64,000 bases of DNA from the human T2T-CHM13v2.0 reference genome, Homo sapiens (GCF_009914755.1 NC_060936.1); one strand, 5' to 3'. Shown: positions 41,600 through 54,364, counted from the first letter of the stretch. Notes: a model not told the origin generated them from the sequence alone. Numbers and translations: made by a program.

Positions 41600-42790
41600 T
41601 ATCACCTAACTTTATCAAATCTCATTATTTTGTGATATTTGCTTCAAATTTTCTTCGCACCAGGATGCCCTCTTGTTCTCAGAAATAATCATATGCTGAA
41701 TTTGGTTTTTTAATCATTCTTATGCATATATTATTTTATTTCTGTATATAAATATATTACGCAGACATGCAATATATATAATTAATGTTTTTAATTCTAA
41801 TTTAAAAGCTAAACTAATTTTTTTTGCTAAATGTTATGTTTTAGAGCTATATCCATGTTATTACATGTAGCTCTACCCATTTTCCCTGTTGCAGACTGCT
41901 CTCTTATATGATCATATCTCAGTGTGCTTTTTCCTGACGATGAACATTTAGGAAGTTCCTAGTTTTATGCTTTTATAAAAATGCTGCACTAAGCATTTCT
42001 GAATAAGTTTGCTTGTGTATATGTGCAAGATTTTTCTGTAGATCCATATCTCTGAGAATGAAATTTCCAGGTAAAGGGTAGTGTATTAGTTTTCTATTGC
42101 TGCCATAATAAATGACCACAAACTCAGTGGCTTAAAAGAACACAGATATACTGTCTTACAATTTTGGAGGTCAGAAGTCTAAAATTGGTGTCACTGGGCT
42201 AAAGTCAAGGTATGGGAAGAGCTGTGTTCCTTTCCGAGTCTGTAAAGAATTGTTCCTTTGCTGCTTTCAGCTTCTAGAGGCATTCCTTGGCTTGCAGTCC
42301 CTCCTCCATTTTCAAAGCCAACTGCATCATGTCTCAAATTTCTCTTTGACTCTGGCCTTCCTACTCCTGGCTCTAATGAGGACCCTTGTGATTATGTTGG
42401 GCCCACCTAGATATTCTTTTCATCTCAGATTCTTAATCAAATCTGCAAAATCCCTTTTGTCAGCTAATGCAATTTGCACATAAGTTTTAGGGACTAGGAC
42501 ATGGACAGCTTTGAGAGGCATTTATTCTGCCTATCATGGGTCTAAATATCTTCAGCTTCACTGGATGTTAACATGTTGTTCTCCAAAGTTGTTTACCAAG
42601 ATTTTCTCCACTAGCAGTGCAAGAATTGGTCAACTTCCTTGTCAACATTTGGTATTTGAAGACTAATCTTTTTACTCTTTTTAGGTGTAAAAGGTTTTAT
42701 GTTTTTCTTACTGTTAGTAATGTTGAGCATCTTTTCATTGGTATATTGCTCTTTTGCATAATATTTTTCTTCTTACATTCTAAATGACTA
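41600..42790 (-). mobile_element. Old L1 (L1ME-class) fragment interrupted by MLT1D
   Basis: atatccatgttattacatgtagct...gatgaacatttagg...ttctccaaagttgtttacca...tgttgagcatcttttcat. Confidence 0.55.
42082..42537 (-). mobile_element. MLT1D MaLR solo LTR
   Basis: tgtattagtttctattgctgccataa...ggaggtcagaagtctaaaat...aggacccttgtgattatgttgggcccacctaga...ggactaggacatggaca. Confidence 0.85.
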
Positions 42791-44020
42791 TCATACAAAT
42801 ATAGTTTGGATTATTTCAGCTAAGAATATTTGCTCATATTTCTGCCCACTCACATAGCTTTATGTGATCTTTGTACAGTTTATTTCTGAGACTGATATTA
42901 TACTAGCCAGAAATACCTGGTATCATCTGCAAACTGAAAGACATTTATTAAAATGTAAAATAAAACCAATCTTAGATTTAATACTAATTGACGTTAATTC
43001 AGAGATTTGTCAGCAAACTAGCTGTGTATGTAATGCTATTCTTAAGTGTATCCCTGGTTATTAAAATGCATACATATTCTTAGGCCTATTATGGTTATAC
43101 ATTATTATAGCAAGGATATTGTTGCCCATTGGATTTACCCAGTATGGACTCTTTTGTTGAGCTTCTCAATTTGATGGGAGTGCTGTTTATGTCATTTTTA
43201 TGGTACTTCTCATAGTCTCTTACCTGATTTTCTTTTCTTCAGTATCATGTACTGTCTGCCTAATCCATATACAGTCCAGGAGACAGACTCATCTCTTCCA
43301 AGCATCCCTTGAGGGAAATTCTCCTATACATGCTCCCATTAGATTTCATAACCTTTCTTCATTCATGAACCTTTTTAAGAATTTACAGATGTTTATAAAA
43401 ATCCTTTCCCAGTATGTATTACCCTGCAAACACACATGCCATATAATCATAGTCTCAGAATGTTCGTATTCCACATATGTGGTCTATGTTTCCCAGATTT
43501 AAACATCTGACTTGCTGGATAATAATGAAACAGATTAGCCTACACATCAAATCACTGTGCCCTTTATGCTCTGACCCCTACGTACCTGCCTCTCCAGATT
43601 AATTTCCCACTACTATATTCTGCATAAACATTCCACTACTTGAAATTCTTCAAACATACTATGCTCTTCTCAGTTGAAGTTAACTCTGAGTTTCTGACTA
43701 CAGGATTCTGTCATCTATCTCTTGATGTCTGATAAGCATATTAGTAGGTAAAATATTGTTTATGTCTTTGCCAAATGCTTTAGTTAGCTTTCAATGATTT
43801 TAGTTTCCCTTTCTTTGCTCTTAGTAGTTATTTATGTGTATGAGCTTTGAAGCACTTTCATGCCAACAGCTCTGGACAAGGGAAGACTATTTCTTCTGTA
43901 ACATGTAAAAACTTTTGGACAGTTATTTGCCAGTATTTAAAAATCCTATTTCTTGATTAAGTGTTTCACAAATTATAGCTTTTTAGCTTTTTTAACATCT
44001 ATAAGTGTTAGGGGTTATGA

Positions 44021-44080
44021 AGTATAGTATAGTATAGTATAGTATAGTATAGTATAGTATAGTATAGTATAGTATAGTAT
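44021..44080. repeat. (AGTAT)12 perfect pentanucleotide microsatellite
   Basis: 60 nt perfect; flanked by a 19-bp direct repeat. Confidence 0.98.
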
Positions 44081-44122
44081 AGTGTTAGGGGTTATGAAGA
44101 TGGGTTCTAAAATTAGGTGGAC

Positions 44123-44262
44123 TGTATTAATCAGCAACCTGACAGTTGCAAGGTTCAGAAGATACACTGCTAGTTGGCTTACTTAAGGGTATTTTTTAAA
44201 TTATGCAACCAAAATTCCAGCTGTATGTTCCCTTTAGGTATGGTTTGATCTGGGTTCCAGCA
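44123..44262 (-). mobile_element. Old LTR terminal fragment (MLT1K/LTR33-like), truncated at the Alu
   Basis: tgtattaatcag...gttgcaagg..cagaa...ggcttac...gcaaccaaaattccag...ggtatggtttgatctggg. Confidence 0.4.
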
Positions 44263-44263
44263 C

Positions 44264-44568
44264 TTTTTTTTTTTTTTTTTTTTTTGGGAGACTGAGTTTC
44301 ACTCTTGCTGCTCAGGCTGGAGTGCAATGGCACTCGGCTTACTGTGCAACCTCTGCCTCCTGGGTTCAAGTGATTCTCCTGCCTCAGCCTACCAAGTAGC
44401 TGGGATTACAGGAGTGCACCACCACACCTGGCTAATTTTAGTATTTTTAGTAGAGATGGGGTTTTACCATGTTGGCCAGGCTGGTCCTGAACTCCTGAGC
44501 TGAGAAGATCTACCCACCTCAGCCTCCCAAAGTACTGGGATTACAGGCGTGAGCCACCATGCCCGGCC
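44264..44568 (-). mobile_element. AluSq/Sp-like, no recognisable TSD
   Basis: gagtttcactcttgctgctcaggctggagtgcaatgg. Confidence 0.93.
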
Positions 44569-44814
44569 CAATTATCTTTAAGAAAAAAATAAGCATTGCT
44601 CATTTAAAGATGACTTTCTGGACAAGAGTATTTAAGATCAAGCCAGGGGCATAGATTCTCCATACATCATTCATACCTGGACTCCTAACATTTAGACATA
44701 GCTTGATTGAACAAAAAAGTAAATGAATAATTTGATACCATAATTTATGTGACAAAACCTCAGTTTCTTCATCTGAGAAGTAGACATTGTAATATCTACC
44801 CTAGAGGATTATGA

Positions 44815-45333
44815 ATGCCAAGAGATGTGACAAGTCTGATATTTTACCCTACTTGTAAGCTAGTCAGTTAGCCCATCACATATTTGGCAAAAGAAAGACT
44901 TCTGACTCAGATACAAAGGATTTTTTTTTTCACTCAAAACAATAGCAGTAGCAGTAGCAGTTTAGCATCCTCACTAGTTTTCTGAACCCCTATTCCCAAC
45001 ACAATGCAAAGAAGGCCAAATGATACCTGTGCATGCAGTGGCTTGCATTATAGAAAAGGAGCCTCAGCCAAATTAAGGAAAGGGAATCTTTTATGATGTA
45101 CTCTAAGCAAACCTGCCTGACCTTTGCCTTGGACAGAAACATTATCTTTATTATACTGGACAGTAAACAAATCTGCCCTTTGCTTCAGAGAGAGGGAGTA
45201 CTCTTTCTATCTTCCAAGGCTATTTTCTACCAATCATTCTTGAAAAGATGGTCCAGAGCAAAGCCTGTTAGTGCTTCTGCTTGTAAGACAGGCATAAATG
45301 TGAAGGACCAGTGGAAAATTGCCTCCAAATTAT
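44815..45333 (-). mobile_element. LTR40 (ERVL) LTR
   Basis: cattatctttattatactggacagtaaacaaatctgccctttgct, ctatcttccaaggct and ttgaaaagatggtccagagcaaag match antisense LTR40. Confidence 0.8.
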
Positions 45334-45960
45334 ATCCACCCCTTATTTCTATACTATCTTAGTTTTTTGAATTTTCGCATGAGTATGCCATTCCCTTGGC
45401 CATTCTATTTAATCTGGCTGGCAGAAGCTGGCCCAAATCTGTGTCATTTGTCTCATACGGTATTTAAGGTGAATATTAATAGGATTTCAAGTGGTTCTCA
45501 CTTGAAATAGGATTTCCAGGGTCCCTACCATACCCTCCAGGACCCCAGGCCTAGCTAATCAAACCAATTCCACAAAACATCTGGGTTTATCTTAGAAAAC
45601 CTAATGGCTTTCTTCTTGAGTTTCTGCATGAACCTTTCCATTTGATTTAAGGCATTAATTCAGCCACATCAGGATGCATTAATACTGAAATGAGTAAGTC
45701 TGGGACACTGCTATCATCCATAGCAACCTTGGATACTGAGCTGAGGCAGAGCTGAATAATTTCCAGGACCTACCTAGGCTGTGTCATTGATGACTTCAAC
45801 TAAAGTCAGGAACAAATTTCAGACCACCTTTCTCATTAGATGGTTCTTGCAGAGAAAACTGCCCACAGATTGTGCATAAATAACAAGTCAGTTGTGCTTC
45901 TGGGAAGATCCCTCAAATAATAATGATAACCTCATTTTAGGTAGATTTCTGTAGTTATTT
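45334..45960 (-). mobile_element. Possible ERVL internal remnant adjoining LTR40
   Basis: PPT-like aaggggtgga on the minus strand immediately before the LTR start; the internal identity itself is not verified. Confidence 0.35.
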
Positions 45961-46009
45961 GAGGGTCACATGATCTTATTGGTGGTATTTCTGTAATTAC
46001 TTGTCTCAA

Positions 46010-46492
46010 AACTCCCTGTGACTTCAACAGAACTATAACTCTAGATGATCTGGTCTTTGCTTATCTTTCCAGCTTTATATTGACCCAGGCTTTCCCTTAC
46101 TATTTATGTTCTTTAAGTCCCTTATGTTTACAATGCTCCATCTAGCCACATAGCTGTTGCACAAGTTGGGCTCTCAGTATAAAATGCTTTTCCCTACCAA
46201 TCTCTACCTAAGAAACATCCACTCACCCTTTGTCATTTCTATCCTATCCTTAGTATCCTGTTGTACCATATATCTTGTGCTTTTGAGGTATCTTGTACTG
46301 CTTCATAGCACTTGGCACAATTTCGGTTTACATCTATTAGAGTTAATTGATTAGTGCCTGTCTAGTGCTAAACTGTATGCTTTATGGTGCCTGGGAGTGC
46401 ATTTGTTTTTGCTCCCCTTTATATTCCTGCAGCTGTCTAGCATAATGCCTGGGAAGTAGTCAGCATTCAGTAAATATTTATTAAATGGATTA
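46010..46492 (+). mobile_element. L2 3' region
   Basis: tgtctagcataatgcctgggaagtagtcagcattcagtaaatatttattaaatggat (L2 tail). Confidence 0.7.
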
Positions 46493-46804
46493 ATTTTTTG
46501 GTTTATTTGATACTGTTTGAACAGGATATTAGTGTCAAGCCCTTGGGCAGTTATCCTTCATGCATCAAAGGTAGCTCACCAAAATTGGCTGTGGCTTGAT
46601 TGACTAGGAAAGAAGATCCAGTAGTAAGGCACCAAGTAAAACTACAGGATGGTGTGCTTAGCAAAAGAAGCAGCAAATAAGGTGGGGGAAAAAAACCCCA
46701 GAAGCACTGGGAAAAACACAGCTTGAGGCTGACAAAGATAGCATTTGCTTACCTGAAATGAGCAGCAGTCCACTCAATGGGTAGGCATCAATCAATCGAG
46801 AAGT

Positions 46805-47066
46805 GACTTACCTAGAGTGGTCAAAGTTATAAAGACAAGGTGTAATGGTGGTGGGCTACGGAAAAGGGAAAATAGGGAATTATTGTTTAATGAATTCCGA
46901 GTTTCAATTTGGGAAGATGAAAAAGTTCTGGAGATGGATGGTAGTAATAGTTGCCTAACAATGTGAATGTATTAATATTTAATGCCACTGAAATGTACAC
47001 TTAAAAATGGTTAGGATGGTAAATTTTATGTTATGTATGTTTTGCTTCAACAAAAATTTTAGAAAA
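46805..47066 (+). mobile_element. L1MB-type 3' end
   Basis: gaagatgaaaaagttctggagatggatggtagtaatagttgc...aatgccactgaaatgtacacttaaaaatggtt. Confidence 0.85.
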
Positions 47067-47084
47067 TATTTTCAGACTAAGCAA

Positions 47085-47228
47085 CTATCATCTGGAAAGC
47101 CAGATAATAATAATACCTGTCTTATGGGATTATTATAAGGATTAAATGAAAGAATATCTATAAAAAGATTAGAACTTTGGAACATAAGTGCTTAAGAAAT
47201 GTTAATTACTACTGTCATTTTTATTATA
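47085..47228 (+). mobile_element. MIR fragment
   Basis: gataataataatacctgtcttatgggattattataaggattaaatga. Confidence 0.65.
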
Positions 47229-47699
47229 TGTTGTAAACAAGTAAATTACAGAATCCTACGTTTTTCTTAAAAAAAAAAAGTGATTTAACATATAACTAAA
47301 CTCCAGCCTGCTTAGAAGGTTTAATAGTCCTTCAAGGAGCCACAGTATGGGAAATGGTGTTAGAGGATTCAATTTTTCAGTTCCTCAAGGGTTTCAGGTT
47401 GGGGAAGGTCTCAGGATGATGCCTATGAGTTGGTTCCATTCAGTCAATTGGAGAATAGTGACAATGTCCCCATGAAGTACCAGATTTCCTGGAAATTCTT
47501 TTTATTCCACTTGTATTGTTTTAGTTTTTCATTAGGGTAGTTCATTGAGTCCTTGAAATATCAATCATTTTCCCACTTGGCTGTAAGTTGCTAAAAGTCG
47601 GACACTCTATTTATTCTCTGGATCCAAATTGGCTAGCATAGTTCCTGGGATGTACTGAATAGGAATCCCATGCACTGTTGTCATGTGAGCTCTGTAGAG

Positions 47700-47890
47700 A
47701 AACTTTCAAGTTTCAATCAAGCTCTGCCTCTTCTTGCTGTATAACCTTGGAACTTTATTGCATTTCTCCTAGCTTCAGCTTCCTCATAGAGATTATAAAG
47801 CTCAAGGTCTTATGAGAAATGTATGAGATAATGTTTAGGAGCACTTAGGAAGTGCCTGGCATATATTTAGTGCTCAATGAATGTTAAATT
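47700..47890 (+). mobile_element. MIR SINE
   Basis: gctctgcctcttcttgctgtataaccttgg...gcacttaggaagtgcctggcatatatttagtgctcaat. Confidence 0.7.
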
Positions 47891-48009
47891 TTATCTTTAG
47901 TGTCCTAATAGCACATTCTCTCCTCATTTTGGTTAGAGATTGAGAATTGTGAAAACCTGTTGGAACATTAATAGCTACATGTAATAGAAAGTCAGAAGAC
48001 TCACCTGGA

Positions 48010-48250
48010 TGTTTTTCCTTCCAGTGGTGACTCAGGAATCTAGAATTCTATCTTGTGGATCCATGTCCTAGAGTCTCCTTGGAATTCGTAACTGTATCCT
48101 GGGGGCCAAGTATAGGAGTAATATAATTCCCATGTAATTCCCAGCTCCCCATGTTCTATTAGCCAACATTCAGTCACATGACCCCATATAGAAACAGGTA
48201 CAAGAATACTAAATAACTAGTCTTATGTGCCCAGAAAATAGTATGAGGAA
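48010..48250 (-). mobile_element. Old MaLR LTR fragment (MLT1J-like)
   Basis: cagtggtgactcagga...tctatcttgtgg...ttctattagccaacattcagtcacatgaccccat. Confidence 0.5.
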
Positions 48251-51200
48251 TTGTTTCTATTATAATAGATTTCATCAATAATTACTAAATGTCATCTAAG
48301 ATTCACTTATAATAATATGTTCACTGCACTTAATATAGTTTTATTAATAATGTTTTTTTTATTACCTGTGTTTCACAAATTGACTGGGATGGATATATCC
48401 TGCCTATGGGTAGATTCAATCTGACAGCTGAAGAACAGCGGGAAAGATGACAAAAGCTAAAGACCTGCTTCCAAACTCACACCATGGAATTGCTGAAGCT
48501 GTTTTTGTCTTGGAAACCATAAGAACTGCAGATATATTTTATTATGAACTCTGTTGATTTTCTTTAAACTCTCCTTTGATTTAATTGTACGTTTAAATAG
48601 ATCCCATTTTAGGCATTAATAAGCTTCAGAAGCTTCATATTTGACTTTGAGATTCTAGTTAACCTAAAGCTTTTTCTAGTAAGAACATACATAGTACATC
48701 TTATTTGTTAGCTAAACGATAAGCTTTTAGCAGTTATTTCTCAAGAGACTACTGCTCCACAGGTCAGAATATATCTATATTCCACCAAGTAGAGGTACTT
48801 AATTCTTACAGTAAGGCAGTTGACTGTGTTGGTTTGACATCCGCTACGTCTTTGACATTATTTTTAGTCATTCTTTATTCTTTATATTCTTAATTCATTT
48901 GATGAACAAGGTTTTGGATTCCCTAAGCTAAGGGGAAAAAAATGCCTGAGTGTCCTCCTTATTGCTTTTAAACCTCAGGGATTATCAGATGCTTTACAAC
49001 TCTGCTAAGCTCAAGGCAATTTAATAACTTGCATACTCCAAATTATAAGAACATATAAAACAACTAGGACAGTAACAGCTTAAGTAGGACATTTCCTTTC
49101 TAAATACTCAGAAGTAGCCACATTAGACTGAGTTAAAATAGAACTAAGACTCTACTCTATGCCTTACCCTTGTAATTGCTTAAGACTCTGTGAAACTATT
49201 TGTAGTGATTGGCTCATTTACCTTTGAGTCTTATCAAGTGTTTTCTGGCATATCATCAAAAGTATATATGATATGTGTGTATTGGAGGAGGGGAGGCAGA
49301 ACAAGATGACCAGATAGAAGCCACCACTGATCATCTTTCCTGCAGGAACACCAGACTTAACAACTGTCTACACAAAAAAGCATGAGAACCAAGAATCAGG
49401 TGAGGGATCAGAGTACCTGGTTTTAACTTCGTATTACTGAAAGCGACACTGAAGAGGGTAGAAAAGACAGTATTGAATTGTTGACACCACCCCTCCCTCA
49501 TCCTCCAGCAGTGGCTGCATGGAGCAGAGAAACTGCACTTGAGGGAGGGAGAACAAAGCAATTGCAGGACTTTGCATTGGAACTTAGTGCTGTAACAATG
49601 GAAAGCAGCACTGAGCAGAACTCAGCCAGAGACCATGGAAGAGCGTTTATACTAGCCCTAGCTAGCGGGACAACATTTATCTCAGCGGTTGGAACCTGAG
49701 TTCCAGCAAGCCCTACCACTGTGGGCTAAAGGGCTCTGGGGTCCAAAATAAACTTGAAAAGCAGTCTAGGCCACAAAGACTGCAATTCCTGGGCAAGTCC
49801 TAGAGCCATGCTGGGCTTGGAACCTGTGGATTTGGGGGCCATGTGACCTAATGAGGCACCAGCCAGGGTGGCTTGCATCACCTTTTCCCCAACCTCAGGC
49901 AGCACAGCTCACAGCTTCAGGAGGGAATCCTTTCTTCTGTTTGAAGAGAAGAGAGGGAAAAGTAAAGAGAACTTTGGCTTGCAACTTGTGTACCTGCTTA
50001 GCCACAGTATATAGGGTATCAGGCAGAGTCCTTGGGCCCCTATTCCAAGCCCTAGCTCCTAAACATCTCTAGACATACCCTGGGCTAGAAGGTAACCTGC
50101 TGCCTTGAAGAGAAGGACCCAGTCCTAGCAGGATTCATCACCTGCTGACTAAAGAGCCCTTGGTCCCTGAATAATCAGCAGTGGTATCCAGGCTGCATTC
50201 ATCATGAGCCTTGAGTGAGACTCTGAGATGTGTTAGCTTCAAGTGTGACCAAGCATATTTCTAGCTGTGGTAGCTATGGGGAGGGAATCCTTCCACTTGG
50301 AAAAAAGGAGAGGGAAGAGTAAAGGGGACTTTGTCTTGCAGCTTAAGTACCAGCTTGGCCACAGTGGGGTAGACCATTAAGTGGGCTCTTGGATGGCATT
50401 TCTGGACCTGCCCTGGGCCAGAGGGGAGCCCACTGCCCTGAAGGGAGTGTTCCAGGCCTGACAACATTCATCACAAGCTGACTGAGGAGCTCTTGGGCAT
50501 TGAATGAACATCAGTGATAGCCAGGAAGTGCTCACTGTGGGCCTGGGGTGGTGGTGGCCATGGGAAGACACTTCTCTGCTTGTGGAAAAGAGAGAGAAGA
50601 GTGGGAAGTACTTTGTCTTGTGACTTGGGTGTGAGCTTAGCTGCAGTAGAATACAGCACTAGGTAGATTCCTAAAGTTTCCGACTCTAGGCCTGGGCTTC
50701 CAGATGAAATTGTTGCCCTGAAAGGAAGAAGGCAAGCCAGACTGGCTTTACCACTTGCTGATTGTAGAGCCCTACGGCCCTGAGTGAACAAAGATGGTAG
50801 TCAGGCAGTGGTTACCACGGGCCTGAATGAGACCCAGTGCTGTGCTGACTTCAGGTATGACCCAGTACAGTTCCAGTGGTGGTGACCACAGGGGTGCTGT
50901 GTCACCCTGCCCCAGCTCCAGGCAGCTCAGCACAGAGAGGGTGAAACTCTATTTGTTTGGGAGAAACTAAGGGAAGAGAGTAAGAGTCTGTCTGGTAATT
51001 CAGATAATTTTTCCAGATTTTATCCAAGTCCACCAAGGCACTACTTCTATGAGTCTGCAAGAGCCACAGTGTTACTGGACTTGGGGTGACAGCTCATGCA
51101 AATGTGCGGCAGTGATCAAAAACTTACATCAAATACCCAAGTCCCTTTGAATACTTGGAAAGCCTTCCTAAGAAGGACAGGTACAAATAAAACCAAACTG

Positions 51201-54200
51201 CAAAGACTATAATAAATACCTAACTCTTCAATGCCCAGACACTAACAAATATCCTCAAGCATGAAAGCCACCCAGGAAAACATGACCTCACCAGTTGAAC
51301 TAAATAAGGCACCAGTGACCAGTCCTGGAGAGACAGAGATATGTGATCTTTCAGACAGAGAATTCAAAATATCTGTTTTGAGGAAGGAAACCAATAAAAT
51401 TCAAGGTAATACAGAGAAGGAATTCAGAATCCTATCAGGTAAATTTAACAAAGAGATTGAAATGACTAAAAAATAATCAGGCATAAATTCTGGAGTTGAA
51501 AAATGCAATTGACGTGCTGAAGAATGCACCAGAATCTCATAATAGAAGAGTTGACCCAGCAGAAGAAAGAATTAGTAGCTTGAAAACAGGCTTTTTGAAA
51601 AGACAGTCAGAGGTGACAAAATAAAAAAAATGAAAAAGAGTGAAGCATGCCTGAAAGATCTAGAAAACAGCTTCAAAAAGGCAAATCTAAGAATCATTGG
51701 CCTTAAAGGGGAGGTAGTGAGAGAGCAGGGGTAGAAAGTTTATTTAAAGTGATAGTAACAGAGAACCTCTCAAACCTAGAATAAGATATCAGTATTCAAG
51801 TATAAGGAAGTCATAGAACACCAAGCAGATTTAACCCAAATAAAACTACCTCAAGACATTTAATTATCCTTGATATTTGGGAGTTTGATTATGAAAACAT
51901 TCTAAAAGCAACAAGAGAAAAGAAATAACATAAATTGGAGCTCCATAATGTCTGGCAGTAGACTTCTCAGTGGAAACTTTACAGGCCAGGAAAGGGTGGA
52001 ATGATGTTATTTAACGTGCTGAAGGCAAAACACCTTTCTCCCAGAATAGTGTATTCAGTGAAAATATCCTTCAAAAACAAAGAAGAAATAAAGACTTTTC
52101 CAGACAAACAAAAGCTGAGGGATTTCAACACCAGACCTGTCCCACAAGAAGTGCTAAAGGGAGTCCTTCAATCCAAAAGTAAAGAATGTTAATAAGCAAT
52201 AAATCATCTGGAGGCACAAAACTCACTGTTAATGTAAATACATAGAAAAGCATACAATATTATAACACCATAATTGTGGTTTGTAAACTACTCATATCTT
52301 GAGTAGAAAGATGAACCAATGAACTGAACAAAAATGATAACTTTTTAAGACATAGCCAGTACTATATGATATAAATAGAAACAATAAAAAGTTAAAAAGT
52401 GAGGGGGGGGGATGATATTAAAGTGCAGAGTTTTTATTAGTTTTCTCTTTGCTTTTTTGTTTATACAATCAGTGTTAAGGTGTCATCAGTTTAAAATAAT
52501 GGATTATAAGATACTACTTGCAAGCCTTATGGTAACCTCAAATTTAAAAAAATGTACAACAGACACACAAGAAAGAAATTAAAGCATAGTATCAGAGAAA
52601 ATCACCTTTATTAAAAGGAAGACAAGAAGAAAGGAAAGAAGAAAGAGAAAACCACAAAATCACCTTTACTAAAAGAAAGACAAGAAAAAAGGAATAGAAA
52701 ACAACAAAATGGCAAGGATTTATTATTATTAAGTTCTTATTATTGATAAGGACTTGTTAAGTTCTTACTTATCAATAATAACATTGAATGTAAATGTACC
52801 AAACTCTCCAGTCAAAGGATAGAGAGTGGATAAATGGGTTCAAAACACAAGACCCAACGATCTGTTGCTCACAAGAATCACACTTCAGCTATAAAGACAT
52901 GTGTAGACTGAAAATAAAGGGATGGAAAGAGATATTTCATGCAAATGGAAAGTAAGAAAAGCAGGAATAGCTATACTTATGTCACATAAAATAAATTTCA
53001 AGACAAAAACTATAAAATGAGACAGAGAAGGTCTTTATAGAATGATAAAGGGGTCAAGTCAGCAAGAGGATGTAACAATTTTAAATATATATTCACCCAA
53101 CACTGGAGCACCTAGATATATAAAGCAAATATTACTGGATCTAAAGAGAGGCACCCCAGTGCAATAATAGCTGGAGACTTCAACACCCCACCTTCAGCAT
53201 TGGACAGATCATATAGACAGAAAATCAGTAAAGAAACATTGGACTTATTTTGCACTATAGACCAAGTGGTCCTAATAGATATTTACAGAACATGTTATCC
53301 AAGAGCTGCAGAATACACCTTCTCTTCAGCACATGCATCATTCTCAAGGATAGACCATATGTTAGGGCACAAAACATATCTTACAAAATAAAAAAGCCTG
53401 GATTGATTCCACATCTCTGCTATTGTGAATAGTGCTTAAAATAAAAGTTAAAAAATGGAATAATATCAAGCATCTTCTCTGATCACAGTGGAATAAAACT
53501 AGACATCAATAGTAAGAGGAATTTTGGAAACTATTTAAACATATGGAAATTAAACTATATGCTCCTGAATGACCAGTGAGTCAATGGAGAAATTAAGAAG
53601 GAAATTTAAAAATTTCTCAAAAGAAATGACAATGGAAACAAAATATACTAAACCCTATAGGATACAGCAAAATCAGTACTAAGAGGAAAGTTTATTGCTA
53701 TAAATTCCTACATCAAAAAAGTAGAAAAACTTGAAATAAACAACCTAGTGATGCATCTTAAAGAACTGGAAAAGCAAGAGCAAACCAAATGTAAAATTAG
53801 TAGAAGAAAAAAATACTAAAGGTCAGAGCAGAAATAAGTAAAATTGAAACAAAGAAAACAATACAAAAAACCAATAATATGAAAACTTGGTTTTTTGAAA
53901 AGATAAAACCAAAAAACCTTTAGCCAGACTAAGATAACAGAGAAATCCCAAATAAATCAGAGATGAAAAAGGAGATGTTACAACTGAAATTAACAGGATA
54001 ATTAGAGGCTACTATGAGCAACTATATGCCAAAAAATTGGAAAACCTAGAAGAAATGGATTAATTCCTAGACACCTACAACCTACCAAGGTTGAGCCATG
54101 AAGAAATCCACAACTTGAACGAACCAATAATAAGTAACGAGAGTGAAGCCATAAGAAAAAGTTTTCCAGCAAAGAAAATCCCAGGACCCAATGGCTTCAC

Positions 54201-54363
54201 TGCTGAATTTTACCAAACTTTAAAGAACTAATACCAAATCCTATTCACACTATTCTGAAACACAGGGGAAGAGGGAATACATTCAAACGCGTTCTATGAA
54301 GCCAATATTACCTTGATACCAAAACCAGTCAAAGACACACCCAAAACAAACAAACAAGCAAAC

Positions 54364-54364
<1 letters not shown>

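Noticed and set aside
49950-50650. Three imperfect copies of gagaggga.gagtaaag..gactttg.cttg in about 700 bp
   Set aside because: Internal repeats are an expected part of this L1M1-type 5' UTR rather than a separate array.
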